Shown one piece after another: positions 61,874-64,000 of a DNA stretch of 64,000 bases. The stretch comes from Nitrospirales bacterium. Lineage in GTDB: Bacteria > Nitrospirota > Nitrospiria > Nitrospirales > UBA8639. The DNA lies in the NCBI GenBank assembly GCA_963555755.3, contig OY820905.2, forward strand, positions 4,545,745 through 4,609,744, in the 5' to 3' direction. Within the stretch, counting starts at the first letter, position 1; the number at the start of each line of letters is the position of its first letter. Below the pieces are notes generated by a model. The model was given only the letters and a program-made list of their open reading frames with translations, made no database searches and was not told the origin of the DNA. The translations under genes and the position numbers were made by a program.

Positions 61874-62380
61874 GCTGATGACCTTCTTCGTCAGTAATAA
61901 AGTGGAGATTCGAGTTGATCCTGATTCAAATATGGGCTGAACCGGCCCTTCATATGTTGTAATGGATGCAATGAGTAGGAGGCAAGTCTTTGGTTGAGAG
62001 TGTCGGTGTATACCCTCACCCCTTCCTCCGCAACTACTTGTTTCTCAATGTGGGGATTTCCTGGACCCTTCCGGTTCAAATCAGAGTCTGCAACTGGGCT
62101 ATTTAGTCAACCAAAGATTCGACCTCTTATCGACCCCCTTATTTGGCTTCGAGTCAGAAGCCTGAGTCCCCTACGCCAAACCCTCAACAAAAGATTTGCT
62201 CCATTCCCGTACGCCGAACAATCAGGTCTGCTAGCATGGCCTCTACCCACAGATATCGCTATCAATATGACGTTGGACCTCTCCGAGGTGAAGAATCATC
62301 GGATCAGTCATTCAGGGCCCGTTGAATAATTCAGATTCATTGGCCATAGATACTTCAGGACGGTCCCCTACATCAGTGAG

Positions 62381-62504
62381 AGGGGATGTTCAAAAAAGTT
62401 CGTCCAGCAAGGCCGCAGCCGTTTTGACGCGCGGAGCGTACTCTCAGTACGTGAGCACGGCAAAAGGGCGAGAACGCCGCTGGCGGCTTTTTTCAACATT
62501 CCCA
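62381..62504. mobile_element. MITE F copy (inverted)
   Basis: GGGGATGTTCAAAAAA...CCAGCAAGGCCGCAG...GAGAACGCCGCTGG...TTTTTCAACATTCCC. Confidence 0.8.
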
Positions 62505-62540
62505 TTCAACATTTTTCGATGACAGGTATACTCACAACCA

Positions 62541-63482
62541 ATGCCCGCAAAAATACAATACGCCTATCTGGCTCCAGAAGGATTTCAGGATCAACTAGCC
62601 AACGAGCTTGAGGGAATTCAATCCCAGCATGGACGGTTGATTGTGACGGATCGTCTTCCTGAACAACCTCCCTTGTGGGCGCAGAATTGTTGGCGCAATC
62701 CCATCTTGATACCCATACAGTCGATTTCAGACGCGGCCCAAAAACTCAAATCCCTCCAAAGAAACTGGAGCCTGTACTCCTTTCACTTGCATCGACGAGG
62801 CCAACTGATTCAGGAACAACTTCCTTATGTCTCCGCAAAGCCACTACATTTTCCAACGTGGCTACCTCAATCCCCTCTGGGGTCGTGGACTCTTCTGGAT
62901 CGAGAGACTCTATTGGCCGCCAGCGACTGTTCGAGTGCATTTCCAAATGGAGAAATACAGTTTGCGGAAGATAAGAAAAACCCACCGAACCGGGCTTACC
63001 TGAAGTTATGGGAAGCACTGACGACTGTCCAGCAACATCCCAACTCTGGCCAGTTTTGCATTGATGTCGGAGCAAGCCCAGGAGGGTGGACCTGGGTCCT
63101 GGCGCAATTGGGCGCTGAAGTATTAAGCATTGACCGATCTTTGTTAGACAAAAGAATATCTGAAATGCCGGGAGTTTATTTTCAAAAAGGGGATGCCTTT
63201 TCCCTCAGTCCAGAAAAGTTCAAAGAGACTCGAGAAAAAACCGACTGGCTATTCAGCGACCTCGTGTGTTATCCCGAAAAACTTTTCGACTGGGTCACGA
63301 TGTGGATCGAATCAGGCATATGCGATAATTTTATTTGCACCCTGAAGTTTCAGGGGGACAGCGATTACCACATAGCCCAAAGATTTGCGGCCATACCCCA
63401 TAGCCAAGTGCTTCACCTTTTTCACAACAAGCATGAGTTGACCTGGATAAAGCTGAAGGCCTGGGAACCATTCCCCTCATGA
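62541..63482 (+). CDS. RlmM-like (FtsJ-fold) rRNA 2'-O-methyltransferase
   Basis: PPNRAYLKLWEA, DVGASPGGWT, FSDL, TLKF, HNKHE (K-D-K-E tetrad). Confidence 0.8.
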   Translation: MPAKIQYAYLAPEGFQDQLANELEGIQSQHGRLIVTDRLPEQPPLWAQNCWRNPILIPIQSISDAAQKLKSLQRNWSLYSFHLHRRGQLIQEQLPYVSAKPLHFPTWLPQSPLGSWTLLDRETLLAASDCSSAFPNGEIQFAEDKKNPPNRAYLKLWEALTTVQQHPNSGQFCIDVGASPGGWTWVLAQLGAEVLSIDRSLLDKRISEMPGVYFQKGDAFSLSPEKFKETREKTDWLFSDLVCYPEKLFDWVTMWIESGICDNFICTLKFQGDSDYHIAQRFAAIPHSQVLHLFHNKHELTWIKLKAWEPFPS

Positions 63483-63762
63483 AACCCATTGACCCAAGCC
63501 AAAGTTCTAGACAGGACATTGGCAGAAGCGCACGCCGATGCAACCGCGGCTGATCTCTTCACCCAAGACGGTGAGGAGCACGTACGTATTGAATGTCATT
63601 GACATGATAAAACACATGAGCATACTAAATGCGGGTTGGCCTAAGCATGAATCCATGCAAAATGGCCTCAATAGATTAGTAAATAGGATTGACCCTTTTT
63701 TTGACCATTTTTTGTTATCCAGGCCCAGCTAAAACCGTCTGCATCAGGGATGATGCAAGCAC

Positions 63763-64000
63763 TCAATCGATTCGCGCAAACACCGCTTTTAGATAGTCCA
63801 TTTCTGGCATCGCCGCATTGACTGGATGGTCTGCGCCCAGCCCACCTTGATACACTATCGATGTACTGCGGCCCGCCTTGTATCCCGCAGTCTGCACTAT
63901 CCTTGTCAACGCATCGCGCTGCAAGTGCAGAGAGCAAGAGGCGCTGACTAACAAGCCCTGCTGGTCCAGCAGTTTTAACGCTAGCTGGTTAATGTGATGA
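63763..64000 (-). CDS. rlmI: C-terminus of an RlmI-like class I SAM rRNA methyltransferase (runs off the window)
   Basis: HINQLALKLL...GLLVSASCS.H...GADHPV...PE.DYLK. Confidence 0.75.
   Translation of the reverse strand, partial: HHINQLALKLLDQQGLLVSASCSLHLQRDALTRIVQTAGYKAGRSTSIVYQGGLGADHPVNAAMPEMDYLKAVFARID

Overview
A 64-kb chromosomal window, probably from a Nitrospirales (marine Nitrospira-like) bacterium. This is inferred from gene content and repeat style only, with no marker gene to confirm it. In order: an LPS/surface-glycan locus with a B12 radical-SAM enzyme (0-7.4 kb); tRNA-Ser(GCT) next to an integrase/yqjG deletion scar; redox, copper and envelope genes (gpx, slp, tonB, copA, Rdx, sthA, msrB); malQ plus an MPGP-like phosphatase; ychF; a complete group II intron; a di-heme DHOR-like gene; rbgA; duplicated YIP1 genes; SulP-USP; and an RNA/ribosome-handling block (yehS, two S4 genes, DEAD helicase, rapA, RlmM-like, rlmI). 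Two IS elements have clean target-site duplications: IS256 in a PEP-CTERM pseudogene and IS4 in yehS. The most striking signal is non-coding. At least seven families of 125-263 bp MITEs (my labels A-G) insert into fixed sites inside one another, up to four levels deep and reciprocally. Four families with different termini share a structured core with compensatory base changes. A second motif (GGGGTCAAATCTTTGGTTGA-like) occurs as inverted pairs at the breakpoints of duplicated or truncated genes at 55-62 kb, suggesting REP-bounded gene cassettes. All calls come from motif reading by eye; no database searches or folding programs were run.
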